Shown here: positions 36,726 to 49,500 of the stretch, piece by piece
Numbering within the stretch: position 1 is the first letter of the stretch
Layout of the letters: each line of letters opens with the position of its first letter
NCBI RefSeq assembly: GCF_030144855.1
Contig: NC_082718.1
Span: 92,814,001 to 92,878,000 of the forward strand
DNA length: 64,000 nt
Direction of reading: 5' to 3'
DNA from: Hypanus sabinus
Taxonomy: Eukaryota
Translations under genes and position numbers: made by a program
The notes under the pieces: model-generated
What the model saw: the letters and a program-made list of their open reading frames with translations, nothing else
What the model was told of the DNA's origin: nothing
Database searches by the model: none

Positions 36726-38866
36726 AGCCAAGCGAAGGAGTTTGTCATCAAATCAAGGCTTTGGACCATATCATCCTTATACACAAGCTGCTGAGGAAGG
36801 GCCAGAAATAACTAATGTTTTGGGTAAAGGGATGGGACAAAATGATTAAAAAAAAGAAATTCCATGCTGTGGTTCTGGATAGCACACTAGTATTAGCCAA
36901 GTGTTTAGTTGTTAAAATATTTATTTTGGAATATTGGTAAAAAGGCACAAAAAAGCCATATCTAAGAGTTAGTATTGCAGATTTTGAACTGATATTTCTC
37001 TACTTTTTGAATTCTAGTTTTCCTCTTTGAGTTGAGGATGATTTTTTTCTGTTCCACTTAATTGGGTTCTGGGGTAATTGAAGAGCCCACTTTGGGCCAA
37101 GCAAACTCTACCACAGACAAAAAAAAAGCAGGTGTTGAATGCTGAGTTGTTTAGGAGGCTCCGTGTTCTTTTCACTGTTTATGCCTGGTCACCACATACT
37201 TTGGTCATACACTTGTCCTCAGGACCTCTGAGAAGCCGCCCTCCTTTTTGGAACAGTGACGGGCCAGGGATTTACATCATTGATGGAAGATCTATACTTT
37301 TTCAAGTGGAGTTTGAAGAGGCCCTTGAATTCTTTTAAACTAAATCATTCACAAAAATGTTGCCTATTTTGGGAGACTGGTGTGGAACAGATGTGGCTGA
37401 CTCACAGGAGAAGTCTAAATGTGATGAGAGATTCATTACTTGTGAAGTTGTCCAGGTGAGGAGAACACATTGGTTTACCTACAATAATTCCTTTCGGGGT
37501 TCGGAGGAGTTTATGAAAACCACATTGATGCTACTTCTTCAGTACATTGAAGCACCTCGTGTAGGTTGCCCATGTCTCCAAGACAAACAGGCAGGTGGGA
37601 ATCATGGTAAACTCGAGCATGGTGATAAGAATGAGGGCTTGCCTTCAAATAATCCTCTCTCTGTGGACCAAGGAATGAGTGAGCACATTAAAGGTGTTGG
37701 CAGATTTTGCAGATCTGCTAAAGGCTTAAATGAATGTACAAGAAGTAATCAGAGGAATGTCACAATGTCACTCTTTTTTTGCCAAGGAAATTGAACACAA
37801 ATGTTGGGAGATCATGCTTCAATGATACAGGCAGCTGTTGAGATCATATCTGGAGGACGGAATGCAATGCGGACCTTCTTATTTGAAAGTGTTGGAAGTG
37901 TTTCCGAGAAAGTATATCAGACTAAAACTCGAACTATGTTGATTATCTTATAAGGAAAGGTTGGAAGACCTGGAATGTATCTGCTGGAGTTTCGAAGAGG
38001 GTAAGGTGAATTGATTAAAAACACAAGAGCTCACATGGTCTTGACAGGATGAATGTGGAAGGGACATTTCTTCATTATGAGAATCCAGAACTAGAGATCA
38101 CTTGTTAAAATTAAGGTTTTCTCTATTTAAGACAAAATGGAGCAACTATTTTCAAGCCTATGAATCTTTGAACTCCCTTCCTCGAAGTCTGTTGAAAGCT
38201 GGGTTTCTGAGTAACTTTAAAGCAGAGAAATATAAAACGTGTTTGAAATGCTGCTACAGTTAGAAAGGAATGCCAAAGAAAGTTTAGAGACAAATCAGCC
38301 ATGATCTGAAGATGTACTGAAGCAGGCCTAACTCTATTCCTAGGAACGAAGCACGGAAGAAGCAAACTGTAATGATATTACTGAAAGCAGAACAGGCACA
38401 ATGGGCTACATAACGTACTCTTACTCCTCTTTCTTATTGCTTAACCATTCCCCTAAAAGCATTGTCACTTCCTGCTTGTCCTTAGTGGGGAGGCAAACTT
38501 CAGATGTTACTTGAGGCTTATTTGTAAAGTCCTGAAGACAAACTGAGCTGTTTACCTTCTAGGCTGCTGCTGCAACACTCAACTTGCTTCACTTGCATTT
38601 TGATAACTCTGAAATTCTGTACACTGAAATTTATAGTAGTTCCATTTTGCAAATGGAGGAGTATAGTGAGGAACTCTTGGTTCTGGTTCACAATCAGCAA
38701 CCACGTGACCAAATAACCACTAACTTCAGATAAAAAACTTCCTGACTATTCTGGCTTTGTTTTAGCCGCACCCATAAACTATGACATATTGTGGAAATAG
38801 TCTTTAATAGATTGCGTCCTTTTGCTTTCTCCCATTCCTCTTACAACATTTGCAACTCTCTCCACG

Positions 38867-39913
38867 ATGGGTAATGAGACACATGTATGTGCTTCGGTGA
38901 AGGACATTTATTCAGCTTACAATCCGCCGATACTTATTTTAACATTTATCTTTGGATTCATTGGAAATGTGATTGCCTTGTGGATCTTCTGTTTTCACGT
39001 TAAATCCTGGAGACCAAACACCGTCTATTCTCTGAGCCTGGCGATTGCCGACACTCTGCTAATCTGCTGCCTGCCATTTCGAGCCGATTACTACATACGT
39101 GACAAGAAGTGGATATTTGGTGATGTTGCGTGCCGTCTGAAGATATTCCTGATATTTCTGAACCGGACAGAGAGTGTTGTTTTCCTTACAGTTATGGCAC
39201 TTGATCGCTATTTCAAAGTGCTCCATCCGCATCATAAAGTGAACAAGATCTCTACAAGGACTGCAGTGAAGGTATCAATCGTTCTCTGGCTTCTAACAAT
39301 ATTGATTTGTTTGCACTTTCTGGTAGAACCTCGTACCTTCATACATAACAACGTAACTAACTGTGAGCCATTTAAAATAACTCAGCCTCTCAGGGTTACA
39401 GCATTTTGGACTAATATTATTTTCATTGTTTTCAAGTTTATTTTACCGGCTTCAGTGATCCTGTTCTCCACGTGCTCTATTACCTGGAGGCTAAAGCAGA
39501 TGAAATCTGAAATGAGGGTTAAATATGAACGAGCTAGGAGGCTTGTGATAGCTGTGGCGGCAGTGTTCCTCATCTGCTTCCTACCCACCGATACTGCTGT
39601 AATTGCCGTTTTAATTTCAAGCAATTTAGAAGACTGTAAGTTATTTGATGTCTGTGTTCAGATATTCTACAATACGCTGTGCATAACCTATTTGAACAGT
39701 GTGCTGGATCCAGTTATTTACTACTTCTCAAGTTCAACATTTAAAGAAACTTTGAAGAAAGCTCTTACTTCTCATAATATCAGATTATTCGGATCAGGAA
39801 CAGAGGATTCATTGCCACCAATACAACAAATCCAACGATCCGTTGAACCTGAAAGGTCTTCAGTCTGCAACACCGTTGATCACTTACAAACGGAGTCAAC
39901 AGAGAATATATGA
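38867..39913 (+). CDS. HCAR2-like: Hydroxycarboxylic acid receptor-like GPCR, gene 4 (348 aa)
   Basis: Intact ORF with HCAR signatures; protein identical to genes 5 and 6. Confidence 0.92.
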   Translation: MGNETHVCASVKDIYSAYNPPILILTFIFGFIGNVIALWIFCFHVKSWRPNTVYSLSLAIADTLLICCLPFRADYYIRDKKWIFGDVACRLKIFLIFLNRTESVVFLTVMALDRYFKVLHPHHKVNKISTRTAVKVSIVLWLLTILICLHFLVEPRTFIHNNVTNCEPFKITQPLRVTAFWTNIIFIVFKFILPASVILFSTCSITWRLKQMKSEMRVKYERARRLVIAVAAVFLICFLPTDTAVIAVLISSNLEDCKLFDVCVQIFYNTLCITYLNSVLDPVIYYFSSSTFKETLKKALTSHNIRLFGSGTEDSLPPIQQIQRSVEPERSSVCNTVDHLQTESTENI

Positions 39914-42900
39914 AGCTCAGCCTGTTATCTACCAATTTATTCATATTTCTTCAGGAAGAAATGTGTCGATTATGTACTGTATGAAATTACTTGTATTTAT
40001 CTTATCTATCTTTGGGACTAGGACGACTGATCCCTCAGGTTTCTAGGATCAAGTTTCTAAGATTACTCACAACATTTAGCTCACTTACGTGTTGCTAGAG
40101 AATATGATGCCACCATACAGACAAGCTCGTTGATCACATGATGGATTTCTATGGAACTTTGTCAGGATCAAAGTGGACATTGTAAAAAATAATAGGTTGA
40201 GTGTTTTGATAAGGAAAATGGAAACCTGCCTAATATTACACTTGCAATCATCTCCACTAAAGAAAAGTGTGTTTATTAATTAATCAAATTTGTTGTAATT
40301 TGTTTTATAACCAATTGTTTGTTGCAAACTATAAAAGCATTTTGAATAGATTGTAATCAGTGTATGCATTTCAGAGAATAATTTAACACTTGATTCGTTT
40401 CTGATGCTGTTTCATTGGAATGTGTGACACTCAGATTCCAGATAACGCATTCTTCCTGTGCTGCTACTTTGAAACAGACTTCCAACCAGTGCCATACCCC
40501 TTCTCCATTACGCTGCTGTGCTTCTCCTTTTCAAATATGTCTCTATTTTTTTCCCCATCTGGAAGTGATTATGGGAAGTTATCAAATCATATGCATCACA
40601 CACAAAATTCTGGAGGAACTCAGCAGGTCAGGCAGTATCTACGGAGGGGAATAAACAGTTGACGTTTTTGGCCAAGACCCATCATCAGGAAAAGTGAAGC
40701 TCAAGATTTGTAGCATCTGCAGAGTCTCATATTCTGTTGAATAAATTGGATTCTGTGACTGATGAGTTTTCAGATATTTTGGACTAACATGTGGCAGAGT
40801 TTGCTGTAAAATCTATGTATTATTTGCATGGATTCAGAAATTGGGCACTTCTATTTACTGATGGCTGAAACTAGTCAAAGACAGCTGAATGGTGTGGTAG
40901 ATATAGCAAGGCCATTCTGTCAAAGTTTGCAGTGCTGGATAATCCTCTGTCTGGGACTGTCAGTACAACTTAGTACCAATAATACTATTGTCATATGTTC
41001 AATTTTAGAGCATGAGAGTTTGTGCAAGATGGGCACTCCCAGGAGTTTGAAGCTGCTCAGTTTCCACTGCTGTGCCACAAATGTGGGTGCATGGTGCGAA
41101 TTGTCCTGAAGTCAATAATCATTTCCATATTGGTTACTTACTTGGCACCAGGCCACAAGCTCTTCCACCTGATCTCTGTAGACCATTTCATCATTGATGG
41201 TTTATGAAACCCACCACTGTCATGTCAGTAGTGAACTTGACAATGTGATTACCCAGATGTTTAGCCTTGAAGTCATGTTTGAACAGAGTGTCAGCAGTGG
41301 GCTTAACACACAGCTCAGGGGCAGGTGGGGTGGGTTAATGGGGAAGGAGGAGATGAACGGGGATGTGCTTCCTGACTACCTGAGGTCTGTTAGTTAGGAA
41401 ATCCAACACCCAGTTGCACAGCAGTTTACTTATATTGAAAAGTTTGCCAATGTCTCTGAGTTTACCAAGAGGTTTGTACTCTCTCTGTAGCAAGTGCAAA
41501 AATAAAGGTAATGATAGCTTTATTTGTTACATATACATCAGTACATTAAAACATACAGTGAAACTCATTGTCTGTGTCATCGTTTGCAATGTGCTGGGGG
41601 CAGCCCACGGGTTCCTCCATGCTTCTGGTGCCAACATCACATGCGCAGGACTCATTAACCCTAACCTAGGAATTTGGGATGTGGGGTGGGGGGTGGTGGA
41701 GGGTGGCACTGGAACGTTCAGATGTTTGTACTCTTCACAATGTTTAAAAAAATGATCACGGGTTTGAAACAAAGTTGAACGGAATTGAAAGAAAGCCAGG
41801 TATGAAACTCGATTTATTGCCAGTCCATAAATTACGGCAAGTGTTTGTGGGACGGGTGCTGGAATCTTCCGGGAACCCAGTTTGCAACTGCATTGTCAAC
41901 TTGTGAACTGCCTGGGTTATGTACAGTTGACAGGAATGGAGCCCTGCGTACATTGGAGACGAACTGTGTGTAAAAAAGTAAAATTTCACCAGATTCAGAC
42001 ATGTGCATATTGGAGATTCAAAATAGCTGAAAGTACTTTATTCACAGAATATATTTTGCTGTCTCCAATGATCATTTTCAGAAGAAAACTGGAGATATAA
42101 TTAAAAAGGAGAAACCTGACATGATTATGGTAGAGGGCGTGGTAGTTACTGGAAAACTGTTGGAAGAGCTAGCATTTGCATGATGGGTTGTCTGGCCTTC
42201 TTGTAATGCATGGTTCTATGAAAGTGCAAGATTACCCAATATGCTCTGTTTCCCTTTCACATTCCAAAAATTTATGGATTAGTAGATTAATTGTTTATGT
42301 TGTTGTAATTGGGCAATGCCAGCTGGTCAGGCTAGAAGGGCCTGTTACCATTCTCTATCACTAAATAAAATAAAATTCAAAAGGTATTATACAATATTCA
42401 GGGGCAGAGAATGAAAGTATTATAATAACGTTCTGGACTATGGGCATGATATAGAGGATGATTAGATAGCTGTCACAGGTTAAGAGAGTTGAATTCCTTC
42501 CTCACAGATATTTGAATGTGTAAATTGTAGGAAGCTGAAGCTTAATGCAGATATCATTTATTGCACTTGGCATCCTACTGAAGGCAGCAACTACTAAAAG
42601 TAAATCTCTCACTCAGCTGAGTTCCAAAACTGGAATGGGTTAAAATGTTATAGTGGGCATCCCTCAACTCTTCAGCAGCTGCACTACTTCCCGACAGGTG
42701 TTACATGGTGACCCTCCAGCAATCTGACAATGATGATCATCATCACCATGGAGAAAGTAGCACAGGAAAAGTTCAGAAGCTCAAAGTAGATTTATTATCA
42801 AAGTACATATATGTCACCATATACAATCCTGAGATTCAATTTTTTCCAGGCGTACACAATAAATCCAGAATAGAATAATAACCATAATAGAATCAATGAA

Positions 42901-45453
42901 TCAACTTCAACCAGTTTAGCCAGTGTGCAAAAGACAAAAAACTGTGCAAATACAGAAAGAAAGAAATAATAATAATAAACGAGTAAGCAACAAGTGGAAA
43001 GAACATGAGATGAAGAGTCCTTGAAAGTGAGTCCATAGGTTATGGGAATATTTCACGATGGGTCTGGTGAAATTGTGTGAAGTTAATTCATTTGGTTCAA
43101 GAGCCTGATGGTTGAGGGGTAATAACTATTTGTTAACCTGCTGGGGTGAGTCCTGAGGCTTCTGTACCTTCTTTCTGATGGTAGCAGTGAGAAAATAGCA
43201 TGTCTTGGGTGGTGTGAGAACAAGCTCCTTGTAGATGTGCCCATTAGAATGGAGGACTTTACCTGTGGTGGACTGGCTCATATCCAGTACCTTTTGCAGG
43301 GTTGTCCATTCAAGCCAAGCGAAGGAGTTTGTCATCAAATCAAGGCTTTGGACCATATCATCCTTATACACAAGCTGCTGAGGAAGGGCCAGAAATAACT
43401 AATGTTTTGGGTAAAGGGATGGGACAAAATGATTAAAAAAAAGAAATTCCATGCTGTGGTTCTGGATAGCACACTAGTATTAGCCAAGTGTTTAGTTGTT
43501 AAAATATTTATTTTGGAATATTGGTAAAAAGGCACAAAAAAGCCATATCTAAGAGTTAGTATTGCAGATTTTGAACTGATATTTCTCTACTTTTTGAATT
43601 CTAGTTTTCCTCTTTGAGTTGAGGATGATTTTTTTCTGTTCCACTTAATTGGGTTCTGGGGTAATTGAAGAGCCCACTTTGGGCCATGCAAACTCTACCA
43701 CAGACAAAAAAAAAGCAGGTGTTGAATGCTGAGTTGTTTAGGAGGCTCCGTGTTCTTTTCACTGTTTATGCCTGGTCACCACATACTTTGGTCATACACT
43801 TGTCCTCAGGACCTCTGAGAAGCCGCTCTCCTTTTTGGAACAGTGACGGGCCAGGGATTTACATCATTGATGGAAGATCTATACTTTTTCAAGTGGAGTT
43901 TGAAGAGGCCCTTGAATTTTTTTAAACTCAATCATTCACAAAAATGTTGCCTATTTTGGGAGACTGGTGTGGAACAGATGTGGCTGACTCACAGGAGAAG
44001 TCTAAATGTGGTGAGAGATTCATTACTTGTGAAGTTGTCCAGGTGAGGAGAACACATTGGTTTACCTACAATAATTCCTTTCGGGGTTCGGAGGAGTTTA
44101 TGAAAACCACATTGATGCTACTTCTTCAGTACATTGAAGCACCTCGTGTAGGTTGCCCATGTCTCCAAGACAAACAGGCAGGTGGGAATCATGGTAAACT
44201 CGAGCATGGTGATAATAATGAGGGCTTGCCTTCAAATAATCCTCTCTCTGTGTACCAAGGAATGAGTGAGCACATTAAAAGTGTTGGCAGATTTTGCAGA
44301 TCTGCTAAAGGCTTAAATGAATGTACAAGAAGTAATCAGAGGAATGTCACAATGTCACTCTTTTTTTGCCAAGGAAATTGAACACAAATGTTGGGAGATC
44401 ATGCTTCAATGATACAGGCAGCTGTTGAGATCATATCTGGAGGACGGAATGCAATGCGGATCTTCTTATTTGAAAGTGTTGGAAGTGTTTCCGAGAAAGT
44501 ATATCAGACTAAAACTCGAACTATGTTGATTATCTTATAAGGAAAGGTTGGAAGACCTGGAATGTATCTGCTGGAGTTTCGAAGAGGGTAAGGTGAATTG
44601 ATTAAAAACACAAGAGCTCACATGGTCTTGACAGGATGAATGTGGAAGGGACATTTCTTCATTATGAGAATCCAGAACTAGAGATCACTTGCTAAAATTA
44701 AGGTTTTCTCTATTTAAGACAAAATGGAGCAACTATTTTCAAGCCTATGAATCTTTGAACTCCCTTCCTCGAAGACTGTTGAAAGCTGGGTTTCTGAGTA
44801 ACTTTAAAGCAGAGAAATATAAAACGTGATTGAAATGCTGCTACAGTTAGACAGGAATGCCAAAGAAAGTTTAGAGACAAATCAGCCATGATCTGAAGAT
44901 GTACTGAAGCAGGCCTAACTCTATTCCTAGGAACGAAGCACGGAAGAAGCAAACTGTAATGATATTACTGAAAGCAGAACAGGCACAATGGGCTACATAA
45001 CGTACTCTTACTCCTCTTTCTTATTGCTTAACCATTCCCCTAAAAGCGTTGTCACTTCCTGCTTGTCCTTAGTGGGGAGGCAAACTTCAGATGTTATTTG
45101 AGGCTTATTTGTAAAGTCCTGAAGACAAACTGAGCTGTTTACCTTCTAGGCTGCTGCTGCAACACTCAACTTGCTTCACTTGCATTTTGATAACTCTGAA
45201 ATTCTGTACACTGAAATTTATAGTAGTTCCATTTTGCAAATGGAGGAGTATAGTGAGGAACTCTTGGTTCTGGTTCACAATCAGCAACCACGTGACCAAA
45301 TAACCACTAACTTCAGATAAAAAACTTCCTGACTATTCTGGCTTTGTTTTAGCCGCACCCATAAACTATGACATATTGTGGAAATAGTCTTTAATAGATT
45401 GCGTCCTTTTGCTTTCTCCCATTCCTCTTACAACATTTGCAACTCTCTCCACG

Positions 45454-46500
45454 ATGGGTAATGAGACACATGTATGTGCTTCGGTGAAGGACATTTATTC
45501 AGCTTACAATCCGCCGATACTTATTTTAACATTTATCTTTGGATTCATTGGAAATGTGATTGCCTTGTGGATCTTCTGTTTTCACGTTAAATCCTGGAGA
45601 CCAAACACCGTCTATTCTCTGAGCCTGGCGATTGCCGACACTCTGCTAATCTGCTGCCTGCCATTTCGAGCCGATTACTACATACGTGACAAGAAGTGGA
45701 TATTTGGTGATGTTGCGTGCCGTCTGAAGATATTCCTGATATTTCTGAACCGGACAGAGAGTGTTGTTTTCCTTACAGTTATGGCACTTGATCGCTATTT
45801 CAAAGTGCTCCATCCGCATCATAAAGTGAACAAGATCTCTACAAGGACTGCAGTGAAGGTATCAATCGTTCTCTGGCTTCTAACAATATTGATTTGTTTG
45901 CACTTTCTGGTAGAACCTCGTACCTTCATACATAACAACGTAACTAACTGTGAGCCATTTAAAATAACTCAGCCTCTCAGGGTTACAGCATTTTGGACTA
46001 ATATTATTTTCATTGTTTTCAAGTTTATTTTACCGGCTTCAGTGATCCTGTTCTCCACGTGCTCTATTACCTGGAGGCTAAAGCAGATGAAATCTGAAAT
46101 GAGGGTTAAATATGAACGAGCTAGGAGGCTTGTGATAGCTGTGGCGGCAGTGTTCCTCATCTGCTTCCTACCCACCGATACTGCTGTAATTGCCGTTTTA
46201 ATTTCAAGCAATTTAGAAGACTGTAAGTTATTTGATGTCTGTGTTCAGATATTCTACAATACGCTGTGCATAACCTATTTGAACAGTGTGCTGGATCCAG
46301 TTATTTACTACTTCTCAAGTTCAACATTTAAAGAAACTTTGAAGAAAGCTCTTACTTCTCATAATATCAGATTATTCGGATCAGGAACAGAGGATTCATT
46401 GCCACCAATACAACAAATCCAACGATCCGTTGAACCTGAAAGGTCTTCAGTCTGCAACACCGTTGATCACTTACAAACGGAGTCAACAGAGAATATATGA
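45454..46500 (+). CDS. HCAR2-like: Hydroxycarboxylic acid receptor-like GPCR, gene 5 (348 aa)
   Basis: Intact ORF; protein identical to gene 4. Confidence 0.9.
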   Translation: MGNETHVCASVKDIYSAYNPPILILTFIFGFIGNVIALWIFCFHVKSWRPNTVYSLSLAIADTLLICCLPFRADYYIRDKKWIFGDVACRLKIFLIFLNRTESVVFLTVMALDRYFKVLHPHHKVNKISTRTAVKVSIVLWLLTILICLHFLVEPRTFIHNNVTNCEPFKITQPLRVTAFWTNIIFIVFKFILPASVILFSTCSITWRLKQMKSEMRVKYERARRLVIAVAAVFLICFLPTDTAVIAVLISSNLEDCKLFDVCVQIFYNTLCITYLNSVLDPVIYYFSSSTFKETLKKALTSHNIRLFGSGTEDSLPPIQQIQRSVEPERSSVCNTVDHLQTESTENI

Positions 46501-49500
46501 AGCTCAGCCTGTTATCTACCAATTTATTCATATTTCTTCAGGAAGAAATGTGTCGATTATGTACTGTATGAAATTACTTGTATTTATCTTATCTATCTTT
46601 GGGACTAGGACGACTGATCCCTCAGGTTTCTAGGATCAAGTTTCTAAGATTACTCACAACATTTAGCTCACTTACGTGTTGCTAGAGAATATGATGCCAC
46701 CATACAGACAAGCTCGTTGATCACATGATGGATTTCTATGGAACTTTGTCAGGATCAAAGTGGACATTGTAAAAAATAATAGGTTGAGTGTTTTGATAAG
46801 GAAAAGGGAAACCTGCCTAATATTACACTTGCAATCATCTCCACTAAAGAAAAGTGTGTTTATTAATTAATCAAATTTGTTGTAATTTGTTTTATAACCA
46901 ATTGTTTGTTGCAAACTATAAAAGCATTTTGAATAGATTGTAATCAGTGTATGCATTTCAGAGAATAATTTAACACTTGATTCGTTTCTGATGCTGTTTC
47001 ATTGGAATGTGTGACACTCAGATTCCAGATAACGCATTCTTCCTGTGCTGCTACTTTGAAACAGACTTCCAACCAGTGCCATACCCCTTCTCCATTACGC
47101 TGCTGTGCTTCTCCTTTTCAAATATGTCTCTATTTTTTTCCCCATCTGGAAGTGATTATGGGAAGTTATCAAATCATATGCATCACACACAAAATTCTGG
47201 AGGAACTCAGCAGGTCAGGCAGTATCTACGGAGGGGAATAAACAGTTGACGTTTTTGGCCAAGACCCATCATCAGGAAAAGTGAAGCTCAAGATTTGTAG
47301 CATCTGCAGAGTCTCATATTCTGTTGAATAAATTGGATTCTGTGACTGATGAGTTTTCAGATATTTTGGACTAACATGTGGCAGAGTTTGCTGTAAAATC
47401 TATGTATTATTTGCATGGATTCAGAAATTGGGCACTTCTATTTACTGATGGCTGAAACTAGTCAAAGACAGCTGAATGGTGTGGTAGATATAGCAAGGCC
47501 ATTCTGTCAAAGTTTGCAGTGCTGGATAATCCTCTGTCTGGGACTGTCAGTACAACTTAGTACCAATAATACTATTGTCATATGTTCAATTTTAGAGCAT
47601 GAGAGTTTGTGCAAGATGGGCACTCCCAGGAGTTTGAAGCTGCTCAGTTTCCACTGCTGTGCCACAAATGTGGGTGCATGGTGCGAATTGTCCTGAAGTC
47701 AATAATCATTTCCATATTGGTTACTTACTTGGCACCAGGCCACAAGCTCTTCCACCTGATCTCTGTAGACCATTTCATCATTGATGGTTTATGAAACCCA
47801 CCACTGTCATGTCAGTAGTGAACTTGACAATGTGATTACCCAGATGTTTAGCCTTGAAGTCATGTTTGAACAGAGTGTCAGCAGTGGGCTTAACACACAG
47901 CTCAGGGGCAGGTGGGGTGGGTTAATGGGGAAGGAGGAGATGAACGGGGATGTGCTTCCTGACTACCTGAGGTCTGTTAGTTAGGAAATCCAACACCCAG
48001 TTGCACAGCAGTTTACTTATATTGAAAAGTTTGCCAATGTCTCTGAGTTTACCAAGAGGTTTGTACTCTCTCTGTAGCAAGTGCAAAAATAAAGGTAATG
48101 ATAGCTTTATTTGTTACATATACATCAGTACATTAAAACATACAGTGAAACTCATTGTCTGTGTCATCGTTTGCAATGTGCTGGGGGCAGCCCACGGGTT
48201 CCTCCATGCTTCTGGTGCCAACATCACATGCGCAGGACTCATTAACCCTAACCTAGGAATTTGGGATGTGGGGTGGGGGGTGGTGGAGGGTGGCACTGGA
48301 ACGTTCAGATGTTTGTACTCTTCACAATGTTTAAAAAAATGATCACGGGTTTGAAACAAAGTTGAACGGAATTGAAAGAAAGCCAGGTATGAAACTCGAT
48401 TTATTGCCAGTCCATAAATTACGGCAAGTGTTTGTGGGACGGGTGCTGGAATCTTCCGGGAACCCAGTTTGCAACTGCATTGTCAACTTGTGAACTGCCT
48501 GGGTTATGTACAGTTGACAGGAATGGAGCCCTGCGTACATTGGAGACGAACTGTGTGTAAAAAAGTAAAATTTCACCAGATTCAGACATGTGCATATTGG
48601 AGATTCAAAATAGCTGGAAGTACTTTATTCACAGAATATATTTTGCTGTCTCCAATGATCATTTTCAGAAGAAAACTGGAGATATAATTAAAAAGGAGAA
48701 ACCTGACATGATTATGGTAGAGGGCGTGGTAGTTACTGGAAAACTGTTGGAAGAGCTAGCATTTGCATGATGGGTTGTCTGGCCTTCTTGTAATGCATGG
48801 TTCTATGAAAGTGCAAGATTACCCAATATGCTCTGTTTCCCTTTCACATTCCAAAAATTTATGGATTAGTAGATTAATTGTTTATGTTGTTGTAATTGGG
48901 CAATGCCAGCTGGTCAGGCTAGAAGGGCCTGTTACCGTTCTCTATCACTAAATAAAATAAAATTCAAAAGGTATTATACAATATTCAGGGGCAGAGAATG
49001 AAAGTATTATAATAATGTCCTGGACTATGGGCATGATATAGAGGATGATTAGATAGCTGTCACAGGTTAAGAGAGTTGAATTCCTTCCTCACAGATATTT
49101 GAATGTGTAAATTGTAGGAAGCTGAAGCTTAATGCAGATATCATTTATTGCACTTGGCATCCTACTGAAGGCAGCAACTACTAAAAGTAAATCTCTCACT
49201 CAGCTGAGTTCCAAAACTGGAATGGGTTAAAATGTTATAGTGGGCATCCTTCAACTCTTCAGCAGCTGCACTACTTCCCGACAGGTGTTACATGGTGACC
49301 CTCCAGCAATCTGACAATGATGATCATCATCACCATGGAGAAAGTAGCACAGGCAAAGCTCAGAAGCTCAAAGTAGATTTATTATCAAAGTACATATATG
49401 TCACCATATACAATCCTGAGATTCATTTTTTTCCAGGCGTACACAATAAATCAAGAATAGAATAATAACCATAATAGAATCAATGAATCAACTTCAACCA

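Noticed and set aside
37357-37794. 145-aa ORF repeated in each unit as a possible partner gene
   Set aside because: No recognisable domain; truncated in the older paralogues (30779, ~21350); an overlapping frame has WLTHRR, suggesting an ancient CR1 RT remnant; recurrence merely reflects recent duplication
33800-38720. Many 60-113 aa ORFs conserved across units
   Set aside because: Identity follows from recent tandem duplication; several map to LINE debris and one is frameshifted at ~54778
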